NCBI GenBank assembly: GCA_051294905.1 | Contig: CM119374.1 | Span: 18,290,001-18,354,000, forward strand | Source: Botryllus schlosseri | Taxonomy: Eukaryota | Length of the DNA stretch: 64,000 nt | Direction: 5' to 3' | In this document: positions 34,201 through 49,200 of the stretch, one piece after another | How positions within the stretch are numbered: position 1 is the first letter of the stretch | Layout: each line of letters opens with the position of its first letter | Program-made: the position numbers and the translations under genes | Notes under the pieces: generated by a model | The model's database searches: none | What the model was told of the DNA's origin: nothing | Seen by the model: only the letters and a program-made list of their open reading frames with translations

Positions 34201-37200
34201 GCATCGAAGAACCTTGTTTTTTATAAGAAATTATGCAAAAGGAATTTTTCGCTGCAAGGCGTTGGCGAGTAAGCTTTAACATTATTGCTTTGAGCGGCCT
34301 CCAAATGATGATACGATATGCGTCTGTTTTCAGGATTGAGTTGAATTAATGATTCGTAAATATTTTCAGATTATTGCTGGAGTACTTGGGAAAGTCCTAT
34401 ATTAGTGTCTATAAGAAAAGACGTCCGGACTCCCCAAAATATTGTGCCATTCTCGATGTGGAATACGAGGAAGGCAAATTCGTACCTGTGAGTTGAAGAG
34501 GTTTCGGTCATGAAATTGTTACCATGTTATTTTTCATTTTTTTCTGGATCAAACCTGTCAGAGCGTGCTATTGTTGTGTATATCAAGCCTCCAAAATAGT
34601 AGCCTATGCAGCCCTACATTGCAAAGCATTCCTGCGTGGCTCGGTTAGCATTTCAAAGTTATCATAAATATTAGCATTGAATATTTATAAGCATGAGTTT
34701 ATTAATTCATTTTCGAGCCTTCCATGTGGTTCCGAAAATATGAAAATATTACGGGTAAGGGCACTTCGATACCCCATGAAATTTGTATATTTTTATATAA
34801 AAACTGGCATTGTTACAGCCAGCAACAATGTTGGAATTTCTATGCAAGTACAGCTACAAGTAGTAATTTCCAAGACACCTCAAAAGTACTTGAAATGGAA
34901 GTATGATATGAGAGGAATGGGGAAAGTACACTGAAAATAATAAATAGCAAAAGCATGATTGTCACCCACATCCCTTAAAAAGCATCCCTTGAAGTGAAAA
35001 CCCACGTTTTCCAAGTGACAGTGCTTTTGTAATTTTTCTGTATTATTGAATGTTTTTTCATTGAAGTTACACGTTTTGTGTTCGTCCATCGTCTTGCCAA
35101 ACTTCATTCGAATTCCTGGATTCTAAATATATTTATGATGAAAAATGTGTTTTTGGCCCATTTTGCCCCACCTTCCCATACTTCTAGTAGTTGGTCGGTC
35201 TTGGCTACTTTCTAAATTGCAAGATATATCTTCGCGACCAACTCTGAATATATAATAACACAAAAAATTGATAGGAATATTGAAATGATATTCTGTTACA
35301 GTGATACAGTGTCTATTTCACGCTGTACGCAAGACAATTTCTCATATAAAAGTGATGGAAACTTATCCCTAAACTGCTTTGTACTCTTCAATATTGTAAT
35401 TGTGAAAGTATGTGGTTTTCCCTAACAACTGTTCAATTAGAAGGCGAAGTAGTCCACGAACACCACTAGTTTAGTAAGTGGTGTTAGTAGGTAAAACATA
35501 CTTGAGTACTGCGGAAAAGTAAAATCACTTACTGACCCCATCTGTGAACCACTTGCGTTGACAGTGGTGCAATGCGTTGATTTTCAATTTGCAGGAGATT
35601 AATGAACAAAAAATTGAGGGTTGGTCCTACAAATGCAAGCTTGATGACCCGTACAGAGAAATCTTCCAATGGGCGATTCTCTTCAATTATAGAGAAATAG
35701 CGATGCACGTCTTTGAATATATGTTTGGCTCGACGCAAGCCGCTATCATGGCCAGTCGGATGTTGAAGGTTCTCGCGTCTCAAATGGGGAGGGACCAAGA
35801 AACTGTGAGTAAAGATTGATATTTGACATTGACCGAGATCTTTGTTATTTTCTGTCCATCTATAATTTTTTTGATAACATATAGATTAATAGTGAATTAC
35901 CATAATTTTCCATGTGTAATGCGCAAAATTTTACCGTTTTTGTCCTAAAATCGGGAGGTGCGTATTATGTATGGGCACAAAAAGCCTTGAAAAAACTGTC
36001 CCTCAAAATATAACTTGAAATCACACCTTTCTTCATGTTTGTTTTAATCGCGCATCACATTCAGCCATCATGCCAAGCAATTCTTATTATCAGTGTTTGC
36101 AGCCAATTAGCGTCTGCGCTGCTTAACAGCAAGGGATCTCCTGCTGCCTGAACAATCGCATATACAACACGCCATGTGCGCAAGATGTAATCGCTGGCCT
36201 AAACGCTACAGTCGCATCTCCAACAGGCCTGGTGCGCATGACATAATCGTTGGCCTCAACAATCACATCTGTAATAAGCCTCGTGCGCAAGATGTCACTG
36301 GCCTAAACTATCGCGTCGCAGGCTTTGGCTGCTATCTTGATACAACCAATTGAGACAATGTATGAGAGCATTGAGTATATTTGCTATTTGGAAATATCGG
36401 AAACTAGCAGAACTAGCAATCATATCTATCTACTCAACACAAGTATGTGTGTGGCGACAAGACATGAATATTCTTTTTGGAGAAATAATAGCGTGCCTAG
36501 TATTGGATTCTTTATCGTTTGAACCTTAATTCCAGTCAATGTGTCCTGAGAGCACTCATGCATTGTGTAGGTTTTTATTCTCTTGATTTTGGTAGCATGG
36601 CATCTGAGAGGGATTGGGTTGCACAAAGGTAACACTATATATCCGTTGGTATTACATTCCTTTGTCTTCCTCTCTTTGTTATATTACGAGTGTTCGGAAG
36701 TTAATCGTATCTTCGTGTTTGAGTATATTGTTGCTAACTAGTCTTGGGGTTCAGTTGTTAAGCTGATTGTTGTCATGAAATTCTCAACCGTCAATGTAGC
36801 ACCAGTCCATTTGTACTCACCTGACTCTTTGCTACAAAACACTACAATACGGTACTAGTTATTTTACTGATCATTTTCTGTTATTTGTATGAAATGTAAT
36901 GATATGATAACAGAATTACCTCCATACCATCTCAATTTGCGATTTATGGTGTTGTGATATCATGTATGCAGTATTCGGGTCATTTCATGACTCAAGTTTT
37001 TAAAGCAGTTTCAATAAATAGGCCTGAATTACACCGAAAAGATAGCATAATGGTGGGGTTCCGGCTTCTCGATCCTTAGATCGTGGATTCCATCCCCGGC
37101 TGGGTTAGACCAAAGACCTGATTAGTAACATTGGTATCCATGGCTTCCCCGTTTGGCGCTCAGCATTGCTGGATAGCATGGAGGGGTGGTGCAAGGCTTA

Positions 37201-40200
37201 GAAAGCCTTACAAGGCTATATCTGCACCTTCCTTGTCTAGTGGCATATGCACATCATGCACTCATGGTATGAATGTTATGAATTATGCACAGATCGTGTA
37301 TGTGTAAAAGTGTATATTGTATATCATGAGTTTGTGTATATGTTGCAAAATCATCGAAGACAAAAATATACAACGTTCTATTCCCTTTATAATTCAAGAT
37401 TATAGAGAATATTACTATTGTGTTGTGTGAGTCTAAAATATACTTAACATACCTCTGCAAAATTTGAAGCCGCTCTGACCTGAGCTTATCGGCAAGCATA
37501 GTAAATTCTGCTTCACTTAGAAACATCAAATGGAAGCTGACGCAGATGAATACGAAATGCTCGCCACTGGAATCTTTTCCAAGTGTTACCTGGAAAACCA
37601 AATCAAATCCTTCACGTTTTTGATCGCACGACTACCAAAGTGGGGAAGCTACACTTGCCTTCACGTGGCCATCGAAGCCAACGACAAGGTATAGATATTT
37701 TGCTGATGTTATTTTGATCTTAATATTGATTTCGAATTGAGATCTGCCAATGTGCTTGTTATGAGTACTTGCGTTTCTTCAGTGGCTTAGTAATTATATC
37801 GATTATGCTTCCGCTCCTAGGTTGTCTCATGTCAAAATTGTCTTGTGTCTAAACTACATATGATCGAAATATGGATCATTTTACTACAGACCTGTCAAGC
37901 TGAATTTAAGCAAAAAAAATAGGACGAAAAAGATGTTTTCCTGGCTGTTTAGCTCAAACAGGACAAGCCGTGTTATGCTTGAACACGGTGTCATTGATAT
38001 TTGAGAATAGATTGTAAGCGCTTGTGGTCAAAGAAATATTTCAGAATAGGTAATATGTACCAGCAATTGTCAGATCGTTTCACAACTGATTCACAAAATG
38101 GATCTATATGTGACTGTAGTTGTGAGGGATCATAAGAACAAAAATGAGAATAATATTGACCTTTAGAAACCACACATCTCTTCCCATTCTTTCTAGCTAT
38201 TTTTATAAAGTTCTACCATTGTCCACCGTTCGTTAAGTACACATTATTTTTGTCTGCTACTGTCCATAAAGAGTGCTTTTGTAGTAATGTGACTCAGCAT
38301 GACTGAGGTGTTTATATTGGTATAAAATGATATCACCAAAGGCGATAAATTCGGACATCTATACCGCAGTACAACTAAAATTTAATTACTGACATGAAAC
38401 AATATACTTTCACACAGTTTTGGAGGCTTCATAGTAATTTTAATGAGCCCATCGCTAGACGCTGGTTATTTGTCATGTTCTATGCTTTTGCAGAATAGCA
38501 AACATATACGACAAACCTCCAACTTCATTCCAACGATCTTCATCAACAGAACCATTAACACAATCGTGCACCATATGACTACTTATTCAGACAGCAAACA
38601 TACATACCTCAAGAGATCACGGAACACATGGTATAAATATAAAAGTGAGGCACACAAGAAAAGAATAATTGGCACTAATTAGTAGCCCTACACAAAGCAC
38701 AGTCAAAGCATACCAACGTAAATGTGCAACATATTGATGTCCATTGTCCAGTTTTGCCATGCAGACATTACAATGTAGACCCCAGGTACATTTTATTTCA
38801 TTAACACCTCACCGTCTTGGCACCGAGTAGTAGAGAAGTAGAAGTAGCGATTTCGAAGTCCGTGAAAGTAAATATTCTTGGCCTGGTTTTGCCTAAGAAC
38901 TGAAAATTGTTAAGGAAAAGTAGTAGTCTAAACTCTTAACCAAGTGATCAAAACTTACTAGAGTACTTTTAAAAGGTAGAAGTACTTAATTACTGACCGA
39001 CTCTGCTCATTTATAATATCCGATGCCGTGGCATTTCGACCGACACGAATGGCGTCGATTTTTCACTTAAAGTAGTACATTGTTGCTATACAATGTTCTT
39101 TTCAATTCCCAACTAGTTGCTGATGATTACCTCTGACAAGTGTCAGCCGAAAATGTTCGGGTTCATTTTAATATCAAGATATTATTCAACTGTATATTTC
39201 ACTACTGTACTTCTACTTACTCTTATTTCACAGCATTTTGTCTCGTGTCCCGGCGTTCAAAACTTCTTCGACGAGATCTGGACCAGCAAGCTCTCGGACA
39301 ACCACTGGCTGCATATCATCGCGGCCGGACTTTTCCCGCCTCTTATTTTCACGACTATTCGATACGACGAAACCGACGAGGAACGCGGTGCCGCCGAAGA
39401 TCGTAAGTGCTTGATGGGTCGTGTGTGGTGTGTCTGTATCAGTCGTGATATGGAATTTTCCGGGTTTGAAATAAGCTGTTGTGATCACACTAAATGTGAT
39501 GGTGTGGTAACGATATACTTCTGATTTTTGGTGTAGTCAAATAGATTCGGGCTGCTCCGGCTACTAAAAAGTGCTGGGCGTTGTGCAATATGATTTGTGT
39601 ACTCTAATCTGAGCCGAGTATTAATTCTAGTGTTTCGAGTCAAGTAATGAGTGATGAATATTTCACGTACTAAAATCCAAGGTTGTAACCAAGTCACAAG
39701 GTCCCTCGTCACAAGTCAATCTCACTTTTATAGTTTTGACTCGAGTCAAGTCGAGTCACCAAAAAATTGAGACTCGAGTCATTACAACCCTGTCGGGATC
39801 AACCCACAGCATTGTCACAAAGTGCAATGAAATAAGTGTGGTCAAAATTACTAAATAATCTTTAATATGAACTAGAACGATTCTTTCAATTCAATACAGA
39901 CTAATCTATTATATTCCAGACGCACCGGCGGTGGCGAACGGCATGGAAATGCAACCCACTCCAAGAGTTGAAGATGGTGCGTTTAGCTACGCCCAGGAAT
40001 TAATCTACGATGGCGAAGTTTCCATGTTCTTTTTCAGAGGAGTACATCGTTGGCTTCAAAACTTTTAACAATACTGATCCGGAATTGGCCGAAATGAGTG
40101 ATTATACGTTGATGCAGAAGCTTGTCATCTTTTACGACGCGCCAATCGTCACCTTTTGGCTCAACGTGGTGTTCTTTTTGGTGAGATATTGCAGTTTGCT

Positions 40201-43200
40201 AATATAGAATTCCTGGATGCACATGTTAATAATGCTTATATTGATTTGAATTGATTCAATTTTGAAACTATTTGCTGTGACCTTAGTACTACTACTATGC
40301 CGGTTATGCTGGTTTCGATATTTCAAGTCTGCTGATCTTACATGATAGCAGGATGGCTTAATGTGGAGCATCTGGCTTCTTGATCGGTAGGTCATGGGTT
40401 CAATCCTCGGCCGGATCAGTCCTAAGACCTGGTCAGTGAAACTGGTATCTATGTCTCCCTGCTTGGCGCTCAGCATGGAGGGATAGTGCAAGACTTAGAA
40501 AGCCTTACATGGCGATATCTGTACCTTCCTTGTCCATTGGCATTTCCACATCATGTCCTCATGGTTAGTATGTATATTATGGGTCGGTGTATATGCCGCA
40601 AAAACATCAAGGACGAAAATAACAACATCCTATTCCTATTACTGTGCCTGACTGTAATCTGTGATGTTTTGTCACAGAGAACCAAACAGTTTGACCATAT
40701 AATTCGGGCATAAAACAGTTCTGTTTTCAATTTACCTTGAAGTTCAGATGTCCACTTCACTAGAGATTCATGCTACTTATGAACTTGGAACCCGGATAAA
40801 ACGAAAGATCTATGTCCAAATAGTGACAGGAAAAAAAGTCAAAATTTTAAAAATGGACATAACGCTGTTTGATTTTCCAGCGACAAATACTGTGATCTCT
40901 TCCTCAATTTTATTATTGTTTGTATCTATTGTTATTTTTCCCTACATCTCCGAAGTCTTGTTTGTTTATTTTGTAATACCAGACAAGCTCATATCGCTCA
41001 GTTATTCTTGTTACTTGATCGCACATACTTAATTCGGTAATCAAATAGCCATCGCACTTTTTGATGGGTATCTGGGTATGTCTTGATTTCTAATAAATGC
41101 CATTTCCGCTAACTTGTTATGTATGTTGTGATACGGCCAATGGAGGTTCCAAGGCTTCCACGGTGGAAAAGTGGTATGAAAACTATAATTCTCATTGATG
41201 AGCAAGTATAAGTGAAATGGAGCTTATAATTTCAGTAGGCCTGCTCTAAAAGTGATCTCCCATTACTCGCATCGAATCAATACGATCAATACTCGTTTCT
41301 AGTTATGTACCCAGACCTATCCTCTAATATTCTCATTACCTGATCAATATGTCAATATCAATATTTTCCTCACTTACCCGTCTTAGAATATCCGTAAGTA
41401 GCCTGATGTAAGTAAGTGTCATGACATCTTTCAATTCATTCTACTCACCAGTTTTACCTCGGTCTCTTTGCTTACGTGGTTCTGAGCGGTTTCCAACTCA
41501 CCGTGGTTTCAGTGTCGGCTTGGGAGTATCTTCTTCTGGCTTGGACGTCCACTTTTCTACTGGAAGAATTTCGGGAGGTATGTCGATTTCGCCTTTGATG
41601 ACAGTGTTTATCAGCTGAGCAGAGGTTGTCGGGATGGGTGTTCAGAAATGACATTTCACCTATTCTCTGGTTATACAGATTGCCGAAAAAATTCCGTGCA
41701 GCACATTTGGCTCAATTCCAAACAGTAGAAGCAGGCAGAAGGTACAAGAAATTGTAATTTCGAAAGTGAAATTTGCTACCGTAAATCTTATTATTGCTAA
41801 GAAATGTTTGGAATTTCAATTAGGTCTGTCTAGACTGCTACTGTTTGGCATTGAGCCAAATATGGTGTGCAGCGTTTTTTAGGAATACTAAGAAATTCTA
41901 AGGAATCCAAAGAGCTTCTTGGCTGTACAGAACTTCAATATACTATTGCATAGTATATTCATATTGAAATGAACCTGAATATTATCGGCTGACACTCGTC
42001 AGGGGTAATCGTCAGCAACTAGTAGAGAATTGGAAAGAACATTGTATATCAACAATCGTATCACAAAATATCACGTCACAAGCATGAAATGGGATCTCAA
42101 ATAAGAGTGCGTTCAATGTACTATTTTAAGACGGTAAACGAACTCCTGACGATTACCCCTGACGAGAGTCAGCTAAAAATATTCAGGTTCATTTCAATTC
42201 AATTTCATCACTGAATCCGTGACATAATATATATTTTTATACATCATTTTTCGAGTAATATTTTGCTTATACGTAGTGTTGGTAATCATTCTGCGCTAGT
42301 CGCGAAGATCCTTATAATGTAACCATTTCGATTAACTGCTAAAAATATGTGAACCCTCGATAAAATCTAAATTTTGAAATTACTCTAGTAATTTTCACAC
42401 CTTTCATCTTCTACTTCCACTTGAAATAGTTTTGTCTTTGAAATTGCTACTCCCGCTTGTAATTGAGTAGAGATTTACAGCATTATTTCTACTTCTACTT
42501 GAGTTGAATCTCTAACTTCTTTGACCAACGCTGTCCCCTCCGCGGTCAAACTGACCTGTTCAATTTTATCTCTGTCCGAATTTACTGGCAATAGAATTAT
42601 TTTGAATTACCTGAAATTCTTTACCCGAAACGGTGTGTACTTATTTTCCAGTTTATCAATCAAGAGGCGAGATATTTCAGCGAGAAATTCCAGATTCATA
42701 TGAAAGAGGCGTGGAACATCATGGATCTCACTAGCCTGGTGCTGTTCTACATCGGTTTCGGGCTGAGGTATGTTTTGTTGGCACGCGATTAAATTATGTT
42801 TTCGCTATAGGCTCATGTTTTATATGGTAGAATTATTGTAGTAATTATGATCTGGTGTGTGAAGAAATTTCAAAAACTAGTTACTGCATTGGCATCGAAC
42901 CAAGTTTCATAAAATTTTACTGCTTAATCGAAAATTTCAAGAATTGTACACTGTGCTCAGAGACCCTAGGATAAACGGACTTCTCGCCATGCCACCTGTC
43001 CGATTAGAAGACATTAAAGTACTTTTTTTACTAGCCGCTGCGTGTAGGTCCCTAGTGTGGTATATTGCTATATACGGCAACTCTATAAATTTGTAAATTT
43101 GTAATAGGCTTGACACCCTTCTTATCGACAGATACGATATCCGGTATTTGTTCGAAGCATTGACGCTATATGCGATAGCGTTCATGGTGCAATGCATGCG

Positions 43201-46200
43201 GTTGGTCCACATCTTCGCGGTTCATCCGGTCTTGGGTCCGAAAATCATCATGGTCGGAAAAATGGTAGGAGAAAACGGCAGATATTTGTCGACTGGACTT
43301 GTAACGTTGATACTTTGCAGTTAAAAGATCTGTTGTTCTTCCTGTTCATCCTGATCGTCTTTCTCTTGGCGTACGGAATTGCCAGTCAAGCTTTACTTTA
43401 TCCCAGCGAGACCAACTTCACCGATATACTAGTGGGGGTTATCTATCGTCCGTATTGGCAAATCTACGGAGAGCTCTTTCTGGAGGAAATCAACTTCAAT
43501 CCAAGTGAGTACAATATTCGAATCAGAGAGTGGGAGTCTTTTATATTTTATGTGTACTCCAGAATCAAAGCAGTCATCGTTCGTGCTCTAGTGGAAGTAG
43601 AAGTAATGTCATCAATTTTATACTCGAGTGAGTTGATGGTTGTAATAACAAATGGAGTCCGACTCGATTCCGTTTGTGTATTGACTCGACTTGTCATTGC
43701 GCATGACTCAACTAAGCTATAAGACTCGAGACTTGGACAGTCAAGACATGCATGTCACTTAACTTCAAAGAATAATGAAGTTACCACATATGTGCTATTT
43801 CGTCTGTCAGTACTGGTGCCGGAAAAATAGGGCCAGAAACTGATAAGAGTGAGGAAAACGAGTATACTATGAATGCGAGACACTCATATCACCTAACAGA
43901 ACTGTAAAAATTGGGGTTGAACTGGACTTGAACTCGAAACTGGACCATGAACACAATGACTTGGACTCGGACTCAGTCTCAACACTATGACTCGGGCTTG
44001 ACCATCTGCTCCTCGACTTGCACTGGGACTTGACTGAATGGTGAATTGAACAGGAGTGGACTTGACTCGAGTCGAAAATCACCACTTGTGGAGTACTTTA
44101 CAGATTTGCCCCATTTACTCAAGTAGGCCTATACTTTTAGACAGCATTCACTTTTACTTGGACAGTTTTTACACAAAACTACATACTTACATGGCTTGGA
44201 TTTGTAAAAGTATAATGTAGCATTGGTATAAGAATCTTATATGATCGAAATTGTCATTAGAAAAGCATGAAATAGCCCATATCTCAGTAACTGAATATAT
44301 TTTAAAAATTTCTATCTCTTTTTAGTGTCATTATTCATTTTGTGTTTGTCTTGCAATTTCAAAAGTAGCTATCTCCAATTCACTGGAAGAAATAGGTGAC
44401 CCCTCCACCAAATCTACTTTTTTAAACTGTTTACTCTGGTACTACTCGGACCTCTCAATTTCTCTTTCCACTTGAGTAGTTTTGGCATGCTTGGAAATTT
44501 CTACTTGCACCAGCTGCTGAGTAGAAATTGACAGCATCCTTTCCACTTGAGTAGCATCACCAACTACTCTGACCATCTTTTCTGTGACCATGGCCACATT
44601 GGCTAACTTTTTTTTCAGATGCAGGCGACTTTGCCTGCAACGACACGGACCCCGGTCTTCCACGGTGCCCGCGTACGACACCCGTTGTTCCGATCATGTC
44701 TGCGCTTTATCTGTTGTTTGCAAACGTGCTGCTTCTGAACCTGCTCATCGCCATGTTCAGGTATGCGATATCGCATTTGCAACCGGTTTATTGTCATTTA
44801 CTTAACGATTGTAGGCTCAAATTTCTGGCCGGTACCAACGTTTTACAGTTTTCACGGCCTTCGATAAGTCAAAGTGGCATTAATGAAAAATACCAATGAC
44901 TTAATCCACTGTGTGACCAATTAATGTGTGAATTAGTCAAATCATAATCTCAATTTTTATTAATGAAAAGACCACTACAATACACAACATGACTGCTGCA
45001 AGGTACCAAGGAAGGCCAAATTACCAGTAACACAAGATATAGCTGAGCTGATCAGTCACCAAGTAATAATTGGTCAACTAAATATAAAGAACAAAGAGAA
45101 TTGAACTCAGAAATTCAACACAATATTCAGCTGTAGTTGTTACAACACATTATGAGTCGGGGAGCCTTTGGCTCTGGTGTAGTACAAACATATTTTGGTA
45201 GCTTTACACCAGGGCCGGCCAACCCGTGGCCTGCGAGAAGGTTTTGAGTGGCCCGCGAGGTAATTTCCGAAATTTCTAATATCATCAAAAATGGATTGCA
45301 CAGATTGTGAACTTGCAAGGCCAACCAAAAATTTGATTAGTCTGGCCGCAACACTTGAGATGTGATGACTAAAACATCAGTTTCGACTCATTGGCAGCTC
45401 CATCAACCATTCATATATTGGTATATCTTCGTACACTACAATAAAGCAGAATAATTTGCGATAGATTTATCAAAGGTAAAAATTTTCTACAGGCTTAGCG
45501 CAATATGTTGTCACTCGATTTCTTGCTCTTAATATTGTTGCAATTTTGTGAAAATTGAAGAACACCCAATGTATCAGATTGAGTCTAATTATATTTGCGA
45601 TTACGAGACAAAGTGTCGTTCAACATGTGCGACCTTGCGTTTGCACTGGCAGTAAGACCGTCGACTATGAAACCTAGGCACGAAATGATTGACGCATGTT
45701 GGTCGCAGCTTTCGATATCGATGTGTCCATGCGCCGAACAGCCGAGTCCTCGCAAACTTAGCCCAGCGGTATACAGCAGGCCCGCAATATGATCAAGTGA
45801 CAATATTATTGACCTACGAACTTTAAAAAATTTTCGCGCTTGGCGCGGATAGTGGCCCGCGCAAAAATTCTTTAATCGAATGTGGCCCTTGGGCTGAAAA
45901 GGTTGGCCAGCCCTGCTTTACACTGCAATATATTACTCTTTTCTCTATGTCTCAAACATTACTAACCTACCCATACTCTAACACTAATACATTATTACAT
46001 ACACACCAAATGCCGAATTCAACATTCCGAATTTACCAAGTGGTGTATATAACAATTCACGCTTATCTTCATTCATTTTCGAATTTATTTATGTATCGCT
46101 TTTATAATAATAATAATAGTTAATACACTTCTAACGCTAAATTCATCAAGTGCCAAATTCAGCCAGAGGTTGCTTACAATGGTAACATGTTATTGTCGCT

Positions 46201-49200
46201 ATTCCCTACACACCTTGCCAATTGTCATGACTTCAATTATTATGATTGGAGACTCTTGACGCAAAACCGTATTTTCCAGCTACACGTTTGATAAGATCCA
46301 AAGCCAAAACAAAGAGATTTGGATGTTCCAACGTTACCACCTCATCACCGATTATTATTTCCGGCCGCCTTTCGTGCCTCCGTTTATCATCCTGTCTCAC
46401 CTCTACCTGTTCCTGGGGTTTCTTTATCGTAAGATCATAAGCAGGATGGAGCTGGATGACCCGTTCCGACGTACCTTGAGTAAGTACTGTGTTTGGGTTT
46501 GTCCTAAATTTCCGGCAATGAGGCAGGTTTTTCTTTGGTCATCAGCTTATCAAAAATATTAGGACTATGCAAAAATTGTGAACCTTTTTTGTGGACTTGG
46601 ATATACTTTCAATTTTTGTTTTATCACTCACCACAAATACTGCATTGGAGCTCATTGTCACAGCCGGGAGTCAGACATTTTTTCATTTTGGAGTAAGAGT
46701 CTCAAATTCGGATATTTCTGGTCACTTGGTCGCCTGATTTAGAGTCGCACTTTTCAATATGTTTGAGTAAGATTTGCCAATTTTGATGTAAAGAAGTCAG
46801 ATATGACACTAAATTGCTGTTTTTCCAATCGGATAGTAATTTCCAAGTAACTTGTATTGAATTTGCCTAACTCTAATTGTAGGATATGAATAATTTTTAT
46901 GAATCCGATATCAGGTGGGATAATTCGACGGCAATACATATACATCTGGTATTGGTGTTCTTTTTTCTCACTTGCTCATTTATTAAGAAACGAATCTGGA
47001 CGAGGAAGATTGGAAGGCCTTGCGGCAATGGGAACACTGGCACGCAAAGGAATTCGTTCGGGAGAAACAAAAAGATGACGAAAATAAAGTGGATCATCAA
47101 TTGAGCAGAATCAATCTCAGGTATTGCCTGTTTTATCGTCACCTGTCATTTTAGGTTAATCGCCAAAGATTGCATCACGTTATTTTGAAAACTGCCAGAA
47201 GCATCGACAGGCGAAAGTCCATCGAAATTCTTCAGTACTTTTTACACTTGTCATATATTCTACCTCTACTTGATGTAATTTCAGAATGCCCTGAATATTG
47301 CTACATATGCTTATAATTGAGTAGGGCTTGGCACAGTGATTCCGGGACTCTAAATCCAAATTGAGTATTAATTGTGATGATTGCAGTCGAGCAACGGGAG
47401 AAGATTTTTCCAAGTACCTAAAGTTATATTTATTTACGAGACTTTATAGTTTCGATACTTTTTTCCCACCGTGGCAGTCTTGAAAGCTCAATTTTGCATG
47501 ACTCGAACCAAGTCATGTGACTTGAGACCAAGATGGCCAAGACAGAATTTCATTGTAACTTCGAAAAAGAGTAAAATCACCACATTATTGGTATTTCATC
47601 CATCAGTCCTGATACTTGAAAATAGGCCCAGAAACTGTTAAAACTGTGGAAAATTACTATATTATGAATGCGAGCCATTCTATATCACTCGAGCTGAGTT
47701 GAAAAAAGTGGGTGGAAATGGATTGAAATGAAAACTGAACAGTAAATGTAATGACTTGAACTCGAGTCAAAACTATACAAGTGAGATTGACCAGTGACTG
47801 GGAACCTTGCAACCCTGGTCATAAACTACCCAGAGTAATGTCACAAAGTGCAATCAATTGTGATCAATAAATTACCATATTATCTTTATTTTGGTGGCGT
47901 CATCTGTGGGGGGGGGGGGGGGGAGGGCTGCCAGTGTTAGTGCACTGAAGCCACTGCAAAACTACAACATCATGGCCTGTGTATCATAGCCAGGGGCCAG
48001 GATGAGCGTCCAGCAAATCACCTATCAAAAGATTCGGTGTTCTAAGCATGAAAGATATGCGTTTCAAACTAGAAATTGCCAAGTTCATGTATCAGTTCCA
48101 CTGCGGTCACTACCCTGAAAATTTGACTTCTTTAAAAAATGACTTCTTTACCTCGGTATCAAAAGTGCATAAGTACTACATACGCTCGTCCACGTCGTCC
48201 AACTACCATATGGTCGACGTAAAAGATCTTTGCTCTATCACATATGTCAGACCTGCAGTGTGGAACACTATCTTACCGGCTATTCGACAGTTGTCGAGCA
48301 TGTCCGTCCACATTCAAATCGAAGTACAAACAATTTCTACTAGTTAGCCATCAAGTTTACAGGACCACGACCTGACGCATGGATCTCGCGTTCCGACATA
48401 TGCCACCTCTTTTTGTTGCCTGTCCTTATATATTATCTTCTTTTACTTTCATTCAGTGTGCATGCCTCCTTTTTACATCGCCTAGGCCAGGTGAGTGTCT
48501 GATTTCAAAAGACTAGTGACTACTCCAAGTCGTTTTGACACCTACCTATCTTTCATTGTATTGCAGTCTTGTGGTGTATTGAAATGATGAAATTGTTGAC
48601 AATAAATTGAATTAAACTGGCATTATTCTATTTGTGGTCGTATAAAAGGTACGTAATTCAACTTTCCCACATTATCCCCACTCTTACGACGTCACAGTGA
48701 GTGATACTCAACTCGAAGCCTCCTACTCAATTCGATTTTGAACATCCAGGCAGTACCCACTCCTACCTATGAGTCATATGCATTCGTGTGTGCAGTGCCC
48801 CGTATACAAACGGCCAGGAAGCAAAAGATCATTCATTTAATTCTCAGGATGGACAGTATCACCACGACTTTGGAAGATCTCGAAAATCGCATGCGGGCAT
48901 CGTCTCACGCCAAACTGAACGCGCTCATCAACAAAAAATTCAATCAACTCGAGCGGCTGGTTGGTGGCGGCAGTGTCAGCCATGCTAAAAACCCACCGAA
49001 AGGTACCTTGGTTGTTATGAACTGATCAATTGGTGTGCACATAGCATGGGGAAGTCATGTTCAGATAGTTTTGTCATTGTTGTGCATCTTGTCCCGCATG
49101 TTCACTTGTCATGTGAGCAATGAAAAAGTGGTTGGTATCAGTTTAGTCCTACTTTTCGTAGATTCCTAACTGGATAATCTCTGCTTACGGTTGATAAATT

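Noticed and set aside
39117-39165. Additional active hammerheads at about 506, 39117, 41970 and 42146
   Set aside because: Each has a substitution in the conserved CUGANGA or GAAA core.
43192-43722. 176-aa ORF as a stand-alone gene
   Set aside because: It is read-through across TRPM2 exons 19-20 and the adjacent introns. The other hits in the ORF track between 28 and 58 kb are likewise exon fragments or antisense shadows.
47907-47925. Poly-G run
   Set aside because: A simple homopolymer near a LINE 5' truncation, with no evidence of function; it could be a sequencing artefact.
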